NCBI RefSeq assembly: GCF_964204645.1
Contig: NC_134033.1
Coordinates: 6,472,231 to 6,536,230, forward strand
DNA from: Tubulanus polymorphus
Taxonomy: Eukaryota > Animalia > Nemertea
Length of the DNA stretch: 64,000 nucleotides
Direction of reading: 5' to 3'
Shown: positions 13,601 through 25,559 of the stretch, in pieces
Layout: each line of letters begins with the position of its first letter
Numbering within the stretch: position 1 is the stretch's first letter
Position numbers and translations under genes: made by a program
Notes under the pieces: model-generated
Told to the model about the DNA's origin: nothing
Database searches by the model: none
Seen by the model: the letters and a program-made list of their open reading frames with translations, nothing else

Positions 13601-16600
13601 GGCTAAAAATGGAGGCTTTTAGCCGAATTTTAATTTTGTAACGATGATAGATGGCTGTATGCAGCCCAAACGTCGATCATGGTGTCTTTAGAAATAAATA
13701 CATTTCTAAATTGTTGAAAACATAAAAAGACTTTGTTCTAGGGACCGTGATCCTGATTTTCAAATTATATCACAGCCCCGTGTGTTCCGTGAAGTGGCTT
13801 TTAAAATCATTTCCAGCTAAGATAGTCTATTGAAATAAAGATCGTCCATTATCGTGCAGTGAGTAATTTATTTTTGTCAACATTTGATAGATTTTGACGC
13901 CGTAGCGACCGGCAGCTGGTCACCGCGCAGGATTTCTGCCATAATCTCACTATCTACGATAGATACTCTTAATAAACCATTTTACAGTTGCTAGCCGCCA
14001 TTTTGTTAGGGTACTTTTGTCCTGTATTGTTGGGTCATTAGTTTCTCCTTTTTAAAAACTATTTGTGATGCGTGTTTTATCATATCTCATCTGTCCCTCG
14101 ATAGATTTTGACAGTTTTTACAACATTTAAACCGTGTGAATCTCTAGTTTTTATTTATGCAACGATCATTTCTCAAATTTGCAACAATGCTACATGAGAG
14201 CGATATAGAAATCGGTGGTCAGTTTTTGTCGCGCGCGCATAAAAATCCAGGGTACTGAAATTTGAAGTTATATTATTTTCAGAAATTATTTTCTTAAAAA
14301 TCCAAACATTTCAAGAACTGTGCGCATAAACGTGCAAATACATGCATAGAAAACAGCGCCAAAACTCGGAATGACAATACACGCGCTGCAGTTAAAGAGC
14401 CATAGAATTAAAACTAAGCAAGATATCTTAAAATTTTAAAGTTCACTTGAAAGGGGGGCATTTATGCGCACAGTTCTTGAAATGTTTGGATTTCTTAGAA
14501 AGTTTTTTTCTGAAAATAATGAACTTCAAAGTTCAGTACCATGGATTTTTATGCGCGCGGCAAAAACTGACCACCGATTTTTATATCGCTCTCATGTCGC
14601 ATTGTTGCAAATCTGAAAAGTGATCGTTGCATAAATAAAAACTAGAGATTCACACGGTTTAAATGTTGCTAAAACTGTCGAAATCCATCCAGGGACAGAT
14701 GGGATATGATAAAACACGCATCACAAATAGTTTCTTAAAAGGAGAAAATAATGACCCAACAATACAGGATAAAAGTACCCTAACAAAATGGCGGCTAGCA
14801 ACTGTAAAATGATTTATTATTATTCTGTTTGAAATGACAATTCGACTTCATTTCGAAACCCGTTCTTTGAATAATCGCGCTTCGGATATCTGAAGCCAAT
14901 TTGTGAAAAACGTGTAGTCGAAAATCGTAAGTCGTAACGTATTGTTGGAAATGTATAAACGTAACTCGTAAGTCGTAAAACGTAATTCGTGTAAGTCGTA
15001 TGGCCCTTGAAAGAATTCCGTATAAACCAATATGTGTGTGTGGTACTACATAACCTCGGGTTAAAGTTAAACCGGCACAGATGCACACGAGAGTGCTGTG
15101 AGTGTGAATTAATGTGAAGTAATACATGATACCTTCTGATCGAAACATCTGCTGTCAATTTGAAATGAGACATCTGATGATAGCTTATCATCATTATTGA
15201 TTTGAATTGGATAGTCGCTCAAAAGTAGTTGGTCGTATGGAAGGGGATATAGCTCAGTGGTAGAGCATTCGACTGCAGATCGAGAGGTCCCTGGTTCAAG
15301 TCCGGGTGTCCCCTGCTTTTTTATGGTTGCACCGCCAGAAGTGCGGGGTTCACCTGATTTATTTTTGTTAGTCTTTCAATATATACGAGACAAGCAACTT
15401 CTATTATGACGGTTTGATCACTGTGGTGAGATCACGTTTATTACAAATATGTCAAAAATGTCAAAACTGTTTACTGGGTGAGAGTGGACATAGTCCAGTG
15501 ACAGCATTTTGGCTGTCCCCTATATGATTTTTGTTGCGATATTCAGATTATTGTATATCAGTTTACTTCTAGTTTCAACAAAGCAAGTTCGTTTAGTTGG
15601 TCATGAACCTTGGTTCTACGTGTATAGCACAAGTGAGATCACCGTGGCCACTGAAAATAACGACCGTGGATCTTTGCAAATAGCTTAAAAATGTCAAAGC
15701 TATTTATATACCTTACGAAAAAGCATAAAGTTCATTGGTAGAGCATTCGACAGCAGATCGAGAGGTCCCTGGTTCAAACCCGGGTGTCCCCTATATTGTT
15801 TTGGTTGCCGTTTCGTCAGTTTTTACCAATACAACTTGGAGAGTATGTTTAGAAATTTCTTGTTTTTGGAGTTTCTCAGATTCAGATGTTACTAATGAAA
15901 ACAGATTTATAAATATCCATTCCTAAATTCCAAGCCGTTTCACAAGAGTCGCTCGTGGTTACCTGATGCTTCCTTTACACCCCTTTTATTAAAAAAAAAA
16001 AACGCAAAAAATTAACTTCACGAAAACGCCTTATGCCATTTTCGATAAAAACAAGACTATTTTCACACGCTGAACTCGGTATGGTTTCACTTACAGGTGT
16101 CCTTGACCGTTAGAATGACGTCATGCGCTTCATACGGGTCGCCTTTCTGTGTGGAAATAGATATTTTCATATTAGATAAATGAGGAAATGCACGAAAATA
16201 GAAAAAAAAACGATTGTAAAAACCCGAAAAAATAAACAAGGATTGCTGGATGTCCAATAAACTGCAGGGATGTCTGACAAAACATAATGAAAATTTTTAT
16301 GTGTCACTTCCCCCGAGAGATATTCAAAAGCTACGTACCGGTACTTCATTTTGAGGAGGCCAAATGATATACATTCGGTGGCTTATGAAACTTAATTGCT
16401 TTTCGAAAACCGATTTGAAAATTCTTCTCATCAAATTGGGAGTCTATTCAACAAATTCACAAGTATCTGGATCTACCTTTGAACATTTGACATTAAGGTC
16501 ACGCAAAGACATACCCTTGTTTCTCATCAGCTCTTTTTGGAAAGGTGGTGAGGGCTGCGGGTTATTATTTTCACCTTCCTTTTTGAAAAAAGAGGGAAAT

Positions 16601-19600
16601 AAAAAGCCTTACTCTATATTCCGAAAGTGACGCGGGCGACTATTTTTCTTTTTTCCGAATGGGGGAAATATAGGCGCCAACGACCTCAAATCAGGATGGA
16701 AATGCTTACCTGCCACAGTACCGATTGAGTGGCGACCGTGGGCAAAACATAAAAAGGTGTGATCAGGTTGTTTATGGGGGATGTATGCGTTAGTTTTTTT
16801 ACATAAAAAAGAAACGAAAACAGATTACTGCATCCGGGATGTGAAATTGTATTTTATTTTTTACTGACCAACTATTTTGACCCGCGCGAAGAATGAAGCT
16901 GATTGGAATTTTGTTTGCAGGGCCAAACGTTGAATTCGGCTTTGTTATTTCAACAAAAAAGACAATATTTTAAAATTTCTTTCATTCTTGTTTCGTCTTA
17001 TTCTACCTCCTTAGATACGAGATAATCTTTCGGATAAATCTTTTTTATCACGTAGTTGCTTGATATTTTCTATTTCCCCTTCTAGAAAAAATTGAATTTT
17101 TCAGACAGAACCCTACATACCGCGTTTAACCATTTCGCAAGCACGATATTGGTGACGTCACTTTCCTCCGGGTTTGTCAAGTTCTTAAGTTCCACCCACT
17201 TCCGGGCCCAGCGTTCCGCATCCACTTGGCCGGTTAGATGGTTGTTTACGGCAAAATCAGCAATTAAATAGATGTCTTCGGTCGTCAGAGGTTTGACGCT
17301 AACGCCATCTATTAACTGACCACGTAACAATTGATCTATGGATATGTGGTAGACGCGTTCGGTTTGGAACACGGCATTCTGGGCGCCATTGAAATCCCTC
17401 TCGTTCATCCAATATTTACCGGAGACAGCTTGAATAGATTTTTCTATAAAACCTAAATGGAAATACATTCAACAAGAAAACGAACTCGAAAGTTCATTGA
17501 CGAAGAAAAATAGCACGCACGCACGCACGTGTATTATTGCAAATGAATAATAAGTTATAACATTGAGTTCCAATAAAGTTAGTTGAATTGACCAGGCTAA
17601 ATATTGATGAAGTATTGCACATCCAGTAAAAATTCACTATCAAAAAGACATGAAAATTCATTAGATATTAACTCCTGAGATATATCTAATTACAGAATTA
17701 ACGCCAAAATTGTTATTGACGTTATCAGCGATTCGCTGTGATAGTCAAGGATCTCTAATGATGAATGTATGAATGATACATAGGGCCTAACTTTAGGGCT
17801 TTCTGATCGTTAGGTCAGTGATTATTTTGGAACTCAATTGAATAAGACGTAATCGTCTTCACTGTCTAAGGCAGTATTTAGCAACATATTTCCATTCGAT
17901 CCGTCAAGATCATCAATTAAATTAGTCTGGCAAAGAGATGGAGTTTTGCAAATTTTTTCAAAAGTAGCTTGAATTGAGAGTTTAAACTAAACTTTAAGGG
18001 TTTCGCATATAACGCTGACTTAGCGCTTCTGTTTTCGAAAGAGTCGTCATCCGAAAATACTGTTCGAGGCTGAATGAATTTTTCACCAGTTATTATATAA
18101 CGAGTTATGCATAGAATAACGACATTCATTTAACTCAAGAGAACATAGATGGTCATCACTTCTGTCCCACTCAAATTGACCCCCATGAAACCCGGCCTTC
18201 GAAACAATTAAAAACACTTGACAATAAAAAAGTCACTCAGAAAGCCATAGTATGGTGGCATCTGGCGGCAGATTTGATAACCTTGAGGTTTTTCACAATG
18301 GAGACAAAATGGCGGTCCCCGTGAAAAGTACATGAATATGATATGTGTTTAGTAATCCAGCCACATTATGGAGCAGATAAGTGGTGACAGTTTGTTGTTG
18401 TCACATATTATCTATAGTATTGGTAGCACACGTAGGTTTTGTCACTGTGATAAATGATGAAGATGGTTCTAAAGACAGGCGTGTTATTCAGCGTGGGTCA
18501 TATTGTGTCCCTATGGTGATCCTCATATGATATTCAGAATACTATTTAGAGGGAAATTGTATATATATTTGCTGTTTATGTATTACTGATCAAAGATCCA
18601 TAATATTGACCTAATTTTCCTTTCGTTTTCATGTTTTCAGTATGTTACTGGACATAGGCCACCTTCACCACGATGTCCAAAAGCAAATAAGGATGTGCAA
18701 TCTGATAATGCCGACTAGCCAATGTAGTTACAAGGACATGAATGATGTGCTTTGTATATAATCGATAAAACCAAAAAAAACATATGACAAGAGTTCAAGG
18801 ATGAACTTAGTTTCACGAAGAAACGGCCCCGTCGCCATGAGTACCTTATGATTGAATTCTACAATGCCTATTGGTATTACGAAAACTGTTGAGATGCTGA
18901 ATGTGCTCATTTTGTGATATTTTGAAATTTGGCAACTCTATTTGGTAACTAATTTTTGTGTGGTTACGATCGGTCTTGGGGTTTTCTTGGATTCATTTAA
19001 GCATTCTGGATATTTTTCACGGCTAATACTATACATGTATATATCTATATACATATTTATGTATGGCGTAATTAAGGGGCTGTTCCAGCATTAAGAACCA
19101 CTTTTTGAGGGGTAATGTTTGTGGGGCTGTTGTGGGGCTAACGACTTTCTTGAAATCTTGAAGTGCGGATATTGTTATGCCTCAGGCATAGAGAGACTAC
19201 TCCAACCCCGATGTAAACAATTCTTTTTTTCCTTTTTTCTTTTATCTTAAAATAGGGATTGTCTCTGTTATTCATTTGGTTGGTAAATGACGTTTGATTT
19301 TTTGATTGAGTGTCCCTTACTGACCAAACCTTCGATGTGTTACGATCCCCTAATAACTACGGTAGTTAATCAATGTTATGATTAAGGAACTCTTTACGAT
19401 ATATACGACACATATCATTAAGGTTTCTGATCGTCATTCGATTAAGCTGAAAGCCCTATTGTGATTTCCTTAGTTATTTTTATTACACATTCTACTGTTT
19501 TTGACACTTTTAACTTGAAGTGTATGATCCGCCGTAGTTGAGTAACGCTTGTAACAGTTTCAATCGCATTTGAAACTTTTACAGCCCCAAATAATCTTGC

Positions 19601-21620
19601 TGTTTTTCTACCGAAGTTCAAGTCTCTATCAATTGATAAAAAAACTATTACAAATAAGACCTTATTACTATTTGTGAGGATTTCTTATTACGTGTGAAAT
19701 CAATTTACCAAATGTGAGGAGACAATCAGTGCAAACAGTACGACACTATTCTCTTATGAACTTTGAAATTGAAATCTGAGGATTGTGTCCGTTTAAATGT
19801 TGGATTTTGCTGGATTCATTTTTAGACGCTTACAAGAAATAGGCAATTTCATTATAAACGCACGTGCAAATTGGTATTCAGCTCACCCAGAGTAAAGCAT
19901 TATTTCTGGGGAGCTTTTCGGTTGTTACCACGAGTTGAGGCTGATGAGTTCTATAAATTTCTGTCAAGTTCTTCTACCTTTAACTCTAATGATTACATCC
20001 AATTTGTGTTAGTATTTCAGTTCCCAACAATATATGCTAGGTCAAATCAATCCAAATGAGAACATTGAACTACTTGAGAATTTTCAATTTTTGTCTGAAA
20101 ACAATATCATTCATCATATCAAGTTCGAATCGCATTACGACTAAATATTTCCTCCACTGAAATGACAATATGAGAGAGCTGCTGCCATTCTTTTCGAATC
20201 CTGTCAATTCGAATGAATTATATTGAAGTGTCAGTTCGAACGCTGCGAGTTATTTTCGGGATGACGTACTTTAATATTGGCACCAGTTATCATATCAGGT
20301 TCTTATTCCAAAAATAAAGGGCCGTGCTGGTCATTAATATGGGTAGGCCCCCTCCCTAAAATCTTTAGACGAAAGTTTTGCTCCTACAACAAAGCTCGTT
20401 GGCCGTAATATGCAGAATGATGGTTGCAGTTGCGTTTAGTAGCACTTGACTGGACGCTTGCACTGATGTATGGTTTGACCGGGTAACTGGAGGGATTTCG
20501 ATGAAAATCGAGACAAGTGTAGCTGATTAACAACCAATGACCTTCACAGTAAGGTCATAGCCTTGCCACAGGGTCGTAAATCTTTAAAAGTTTTATTTCG
20601 GCTACGGCTTTTCATGCGCAATTCAGTAGTTTTCTATAAATCATAAAACTAGGTACATAGATTGTGTCATTAATTACTATCGTAAGTTGACGAATAATGG
20701 TAGTTTATAAGCAATGAAATACTATTGCATATTTGATGACGTCATAGGCTGATTTGTGGATGCCACGGCGGTTTTTCTTACCCTCTATGTGCTTGAACGA
20801 TTCTCGTCGTTTGGGTCTCTGGTGGTAAACGGGTACCGTGTTACTCTCGAGAGCCCAGCATTCGTCTCCATCTTCATCTTCCCCGTCATCATCAACGTAA
20901 CCCGCCTTTTCGTTCTCATCATTCTCGCGTTCGAGTGCAGCGTACAGGTCATCGAGCTTGTACGGCCATACGGACGATAAACGCTTAGCCAGGTGAAATA
21001 GATTTATAGGGTTTTCCACGTAGCTTACCGCTGACAGGGCGGCCGTATTTTCAACACGAGTTTCCCTGATAAATCTGCATAAACGAAAAATGATCGCTGA
21101 TTAACTTAAAAGTTTAGTTTGCTGGGATCAGTACGCATAGTGAAACATCTTTAATTGAAAATGAATTGCAAGCACACTGTAAAAAACTCAGACGTTCCTA
21201 ATTGAAAAAAGACTGTAAAACACCAAACAGTAGAAATTTCATCAGTATGCTTTCAAAAAAACGTAAAATGTGTTCAGTATTTTTCCCGAGACATATTCTA
21301 TTGAAAATGAACTACAAACGACAGGCATTTTATATTTTATCAGCGTTCCTTTAGATTCATCCGTCGGTTTTGGTTACTTCACAGCTGAATATTTTGAAAG
21401 GAATAAAGGATTAAAGAACTTACTCTTCGAACAGTTTCAATTCGGGGACCACTTCAGCCGTAATCGTGTCGATTTTAACCCAGATGTCCTCCCAGAAGTG
21501 GATCAATTTACTCTCGGAGTAGAGCGACTGTTGAGCGCAGGTAACAGAAGAGAAACAGGCGGTCGTAAACCCCACCTGGACGACCGCTAATACTAGACAA
21601 ACAGAGCAAGTCAACATCAT
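2777..21620 (-). CDS. P4HA: Prolyl 4-hydroxylase subunit alpha-like gene (11 coding exons in window; terminal exon not found, probably left of the window)
   Basis: Exons 21424-21620, 20782-21074, 17121-17452, 16095-16146, 12177-12331, 11662-11826, 10802-10866, 9511-9646, 9035-9094, 3550-3624, 2777-2942; all GT-AG with matching phases, 1696 nt = 565 codons + 1 nt, no stop. Signal peptide, NPINLFHLAKRL, LCR/LFCRY, ANYGPGGFYEPHYD, RLATWMFY, LSDV..GG.TVF, HAGCPVLLGSKW. Confidence 0.93.
3550..3624 (-). CDS. P4HA: P4HA-like exon 10
   Basis: ttgcag|GLGLRSFTTGRTPVFSERLATWMFY|gtgagt. Confidence 0.92.
4561..4622. repeat. (AT)n microsatellite
   Basis: About 31 perfect AT units. Confidence 0.98.
6208..8208 (+). 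CDS. DUF229-family protein (ALP/sulfatase superfamily, predicted type II membrane protein), single coding exon
   Basis: 666-aa ORF, CCACCATG start context, acceptor ttttcag ending 6178, N-terminal hydrophobic anchor, motifs FDSVSR, GYNIVGDGT, SHD, SDHG, EERNP, TTPFDLHAT, C-terminal SRTNRYG..C and YCYC. Confidence 0.92.
   Translation: MSLPYLKLIRRHPIRNLLVYALAIITTATVFSVWNQTCQENENPHQFVISATTNYQPETIGARKRADVSPAMDGSRVEVPPDCVLPHFVLNPPEMANIFRKLPKFNCDTDEKDWVYVRRGFFTIDQSAVRKHGHLTCDYTPVVRGANDYAIASAPTIRNVRNGTAVQADFIEVTCIAADGTKYRNLHLGIAHRPAIKRRPIKLQNNSLSADILMFGFDSVSRMTWTRQLPLTYEYLVKELGSIVLEGYNIVGDGTPQALLPILTGKTEPELPEARRGRSGAKPVDGHPWIWKDLQKLGYVTQHGEDMPNINTFTYRMLGFQEPPTDHYMRPFYLKMDRYKKQRPNCFGSQVRLNLMLKYMRDLYEAYPPNRPKFSFLFNNECSHDDNDPLSGADQLVLDWLKSMHRGGHLDNTFLVIMSDHGARFTKVREFVQGKFEERNPFVSIRPPPWLAEKHPRAVENLRTNSRRLTTPFDLHATFHDLVDFQNRKIGDVAQRGISLLQEIPKNRTCGLARIEPHWCSCLKWKEIHPADPRVIRAANTLVLLINSMTESFRDQCEQLRVTEIARSVTFSPNEQVLKFKKSADTDGRVADLTDDTKNDVVLYQVTLVTKPGDGHFEATIRYSVKRDEFSVNRREISRTNRYGDGPACVMKRYPHLRPYCYCKKF
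9035..9094 (-). CDS. P4HA: P4HA-like exon 9 (Fe-binding HxD)
   Basis: tttcag|LANYGPGGFYEPHYDSPLAY|gtaagt. Confidence 0.93.
9511..9646 (-). CDS. P4HA: P4HA-like exon 8
   Basis: tttcag|AWISY...LMNRIQMITGL...VEQLQ|gtataa. Confidence 0.9.
10802..10866 (-). CDS. P4HA: P4HA-like exon 7
   Basis: ttttag|MKTGKVGTKADGGESFERHSD(V)|gtaagt; occupies the L.RATV...YRISK segment. Confidence 0.8.
11662..11826 (-). CDS. P4HA: P4HA-like exon 6
   Basis: LFCRY...DPVIKIYHKVVSDSEI..VQALGKP; tttccag acceptor, gtacgt donor. Confidence 0.9.
12177..12331 (-). CDS. P4HA: P4HA-like exon 5
   Basis: attgcag acceptor; ...TYGELCRA...; donor gtaagg. Confidence 0.8.
12916..15020. mobile_element. Non-autonomous TIR element, TA-flanked, with 7-bp TTACGAN subterminal repeats
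   Basis: Left end tggaattcccaagggccatacgatttacg and right end cgtgtaagtcgtatggcccttgaaagaattccg are inverted copies; TA on both flanks. Confidence 0.65.
13971..14818. mobile_element. Foldback/MITE element with about 360-bp inverted arms
   Basis: 13971-14330 is a near-perfect reverse complement of 14461-14818 around a 130-nt spacer. Confidence 0.9.
15243..15314 (+). tRNA. tRNA-Cys: tRNA-Cys (GCA)
   Basis: 72-nt cloverleaf GGGGATA...TGTCCCCT, anticodon loop CTGCAGA, A and B boxes, T6 Pol III terminator directly downstream. Confidence 0.95.
15721..15792 (+). pseudogene. tRNA-Cys pseudogene
   Basis: 3' two-thirds nearly identical to 15243-15314; 5' acceptor strand and D stem decayed; U33 replaced by A. 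Confidence 0.85.
16095..16146 (-). CDS. P4HA: P4HA-like exon 4 (52 nt, TPR-like region)
   Basis: tttccacacag|KGDPYEAHDVILTVKDT|gtaagt; supplies the phase 0 to phase 1 bridge required between exons 3 and 5. Confidence 0.7.
17121..17452 (-). CDS. P4HA: P4HA-like exon 3
   Basis: DFNGAQNAVFQTERVY...LTTEDIYLIA matches the GA..AL..LQ.TY and LT.EDC..LG motifs; catttag acceptor, gtatgt donor. Confidence 0.85.
20782..21074 (-). CDS. P4HA: P4HA-like exon 2 (N-terminal dimerisation domain plus acidic insert)
   Basis: tttatgcag acceptor; YVENPINLFHLAKRL..W; donor G|gtaaga. Confidence 0.88.
21424..21620 (-). CDS. P4HA: P4HA-like coding exon 1 (signal peptide)
   Basis: MMLTCSVCLVLAVVQVGFTTACFSS...; donor GA|gtaagt, phase 2. 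Confidence 0.8.
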
Positions 21621-23404
21621 TATTTCGGTATCCAGTTCCGTTGAATTGGTCAAAATCTTCGAATTAGTCCAATAGAACTCGATAAATCCCAAAATCCAGT
21701 GAAATGAAAATTAATTGATCGGCAGCAACAGCAGCTGTCTTACAGCCGTCACTGGCTAAAACTGAATAACAGGACCACAGTTACCTCCTGGTCTGAACCA
21801 GACCTGGAATTGGAATGACCTGAACCCGCAATTGAAGAAACTTCGCAACTTCTGGAGCTGGTTTCTGATACAAATTACCCACACCACTGTGGAACTTAAT
21901 CCAGAGTCAAATTAAACCCACGCCTGTTGAAGTTCAGAGACAAACGAAGTCCACACGAATGTAAACTAAATCCGAAGTATAGTTTCGAATGAAAAAATAT
22001 ATGCTTTCTGTCCGTGCTGTTGCCGAATCAATTAGCTTAGGTTGTGGGATTATTCCAGATCTAAAATGCGTGTTATTGCCACGTAGAGACAGCTGTGCTG
22101 ATTTATGATTTTTACTCGCTGCAGGGAATAAAGATAACTAAAATTGTATTAAATGGCTACGTGGAATTGCGCGTTGCCTAAAAGTGGCCTAGAAAGCTCA
22201 TAAGCATATTCATTTGAATATGCAGTAACATTTTGTCTGTCGGCGCACAGACTGCTATCTCCAGAAAAACATCATTTAGAATAAAATCCGTCAGATCTTG
22301 TAATAAATAAAGGATTTGTCGCAATATTTCATACATAATTTTACTGACTGGTAATAATCTGCGATTAGCGCGTTTTGTACTGGTTGGAAACGCTTGGAAG
22401 ATACAGTTCATTTGTGAACATGGAATCGGAGTGCCGTGTCAAATAAAGACTTAGTTAAAGTCTCATGAGCTAAGATCACACAATACTAATGGAAATGTTA
22501 AGAAGCCGTTCTGTAAACTTCTCTGTCTAAAATGAAATATACTCACAACTGCGGAACTGTTGGAGGCACCATGAAAAGACAAATATTTCTTTTTTGCAAC
22601 GGCGATTTTTGTCATAACACGTAATGTGACCAAAATCGCTATCTTATATCGAATTTCGGAATACCTGCATAATAATGCATTTCTAGTTGACAAAAACAAG
22701 CTTTTTCTTCGTTCCGAAAATCTTGTTCAGATCTTTTCTTTAGAAGAAAAGGATCAAATACATTCGAAAAATGGAAGAAATCAGTTTCATTAATAATATC
22801 CCAAAAGAAAATGGCTCTCACCTAATGTGGCTGTGGTGTTTGTATGCTTGTGATAGGACCAATGATAAACGTAGCAACAGCGGATGGCCTTAGTTGCTCT
22901 ATATCATCAGACCGAATCTGCTGTTCCTGGGGAAGATACTTCAGTCGAAAGAATTGGAGAATCTGGGGAATCCCAGGGAATTATTGGATCGATGACATTC
23001 TATTTTCTACATTATGAATCTGTTTGTGAAAACATCAATGAGAAGAAATATCAGCCAGAGATACGTAGGCCTATATACGTGATGTCACACACGCAATTGA
23101 GAGTGCCTCAGAAACAATATATCAATTCATAGCTGTAGGTGAATAAGATAAGAGACATCGCTTCGTTCTAGATTTCGTCGACAGTTGGATAAGCAGTTTC
23201 CATGTTCATAATCTGCATCGATTATTTTGGACGTTTTTTTTGCACGAGTTTTACCTCGTTAATGATTACGATAAACATTATTCATGCAGCTTCAGGTATT
23301 CTATATTTTAAACAGTTCAAATGCGCTCTCTTCTATAGCGAATGCATTGTCTGAATAGGATGGAGTGAGATATGTCGCTAACTCTTCTTTTTTTTGATCT
23401 TACA

Positions 23405-23500
23405 ATAGGGATTGTCCCGTTATTTATTTGGCTGGTGAATTTCGTTTGATTTTTCGATTGAGTGTCCCTTACAGACCCACCACACCTGTCGGGAGCGAAT
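23405..23500 (+). repeat. Dispersed repeat family beginning TAGGGATTGTCCCG (other copies near 13185-13440, 19253-19320, and inverted near 3050-3310)
   Basis: Shared block gtttgatttttcgattgagtgtcccttacagacccaccacacctg in several copies. Confidence 0.75.
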
Positions 23501-25559
23501 CCGTTGATTGTTAGCGGGACACAGATCCCGAGGTTGGCGGAGTGCACTCTCCAACAGTAAACTGGGGTTCACAAAGTGTATTCTGCCAAAAGCTAAATGC
23601 AGGTTTCAAAAACAATTAATTCACAAAACAAGAAGTGCCTCCTCAGTAACTGACTTATGTGTGATATAACGTAAGTACCTTAGCAAGAAGTTTGCAATCG
23701 GTGAATGAGACTTATCTTGAGACGAGACAGCAAAATGATTTGATTTCAGTCGTTCATTTATTGGGGCAAATGAACAATCGTGCCATTAAACAATTTTGAA
23801 TCAAAATTCTTTTTTTTATCGAATTATTATTGATATTATGTCGACAAAATTGAATCCACAGTTCTACCTCTTTTGATTCTCAATTCTAAATTCGACTCGG
23901 TTACAAAGAAATTACGCTTAAACGCTATATTTTCAAGAGGTTTGAGTTGATGATGTAATTGGCGAGGTGTCTAAGGAGTTTCTGATATTAGTAACGGCGA
24001 TTTTGACTCGATAAATTCGCAACGTTCATCAGCCCGTTAAAGCGTTCTACTGCTCGAAGACGAAGATGATTAACATTAACTCGTGTGGTAGACAAGTTTG
24101 TCAATGTGTCTGATCATTCATATGGCGAGATATTGATTTATTATTTGTTAATTCGAGTAAAAATATCCTTTGTCTAGCGTTCGTTTTATGTTTAGAATTT
24201 CAGTTGAGATGATGCTTATCTCAAGAAGTTATAGTAAACCTCGCGTAATGCGGATCAGCGAAAGTCGGACAATTGCTAATATCGGATGAATATTGATGGT
24301 CCCGAATTTAAGAAATTTATATTTCGGAAAATCTCGAAGTGCTTTTCTTGTCCTAAAATGAAAAACCAGTTGAAATCACTCACCCAAAGTTGTAAGGCTA
24401 TCTTCCCAATGTTGCAGTTAGATTTCTTCTTAAAGTCGTTAGTTCTCGGAAAAAGCATGGAAATCTGACTTTTTCATAGTCGGACTTTTTTCTAAATCGG
24501 AGGAGGATTTTTCGACTTACGCAAGATTTACTGTATAATCGGGAAGTTAGATCCTCTCGCCCGTGATGTGGTTAATCCCAAACTTCTAATGTAAAATTGT
24601 CGATGCGGGTTTTTCTCGATCCCTGAATTGCGTAAAGATACTCTCCTGTATGAAATTCCTCGCGGGTCAAAAACATTAGGCTAGAAATTATCTTGAACGG
24701 CTACATCTGAACGTCGTTAATGTACAGAATCCCATCAACACATCGGAATAAAAACCATTCTTCTAGACGTATCGGCCCCACTCCGCGCGGTTGCGCCACC
24801 GCGCGGGATTTACGCGAAGCAGCAGAACAAACATGGCCACTCTCTCAATTTTCAATGATAGAAATCGTGTGTGCATTTCAATCATTTCGGCTGTTAGGGT
24901 TTTAAGGCACAATATAAGTTGATGATGTGATATGGCGATGTTAATTAATGATAATTCCACAGTGAAGCTAGTCACAAACGGTGCCGATTGAGTGTACAGC
25001 TGCCATAAACACTGAAATGTGCGTAGTTGCGTAACTATTTGCAGTGAATTTCAGACGAAACATGAAGCCTTAACGGCCGTTTAAAAAATTTATACCAATC
25101 GCAATTGTAAAATAAAAATGAGATAGAACCTAAGTTAAAATTCTGGCCATTTCTAAAATGTTATTACTAATTTTTAGTCAGTGCGGAACGTTTAGTTTTC
25201 CAACAATAATGAGGGGTGGTAGGTAGTCATGCAAATCAAGTCATCATTTATTACACGTTACTTCCGTGTTGTTGAAAATCTCGCGAGTCCTGGACCAAAC
25301 CCCAATGAACAATGTGATCTGTGTGCTGGCCACAAATGCACACAGATGACACTACACTATCCATTACACACTCCAGTACCCACAGCATTCATATATCCAT
25401 CCAAATATTTAGTGTCTTTCTTCCTGGGTCAAAGGATGGTGCGATAATCAATATGAGATATTACATGAACAGAAGCCGACTAAAAATAATTTTGAAAATG
25501 AACGAAGGAGATCGGCGATTATTAACATTTGCAAAAGGTTAGAAAATAACATATAGCTA

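Noticed and set aside
14795-15194. Three overlapping ORFs with LRVT/YDLR repeats (also 12894-13115)
   Set aside because: Translation of 7-bp subterminal repeats of a TIR element
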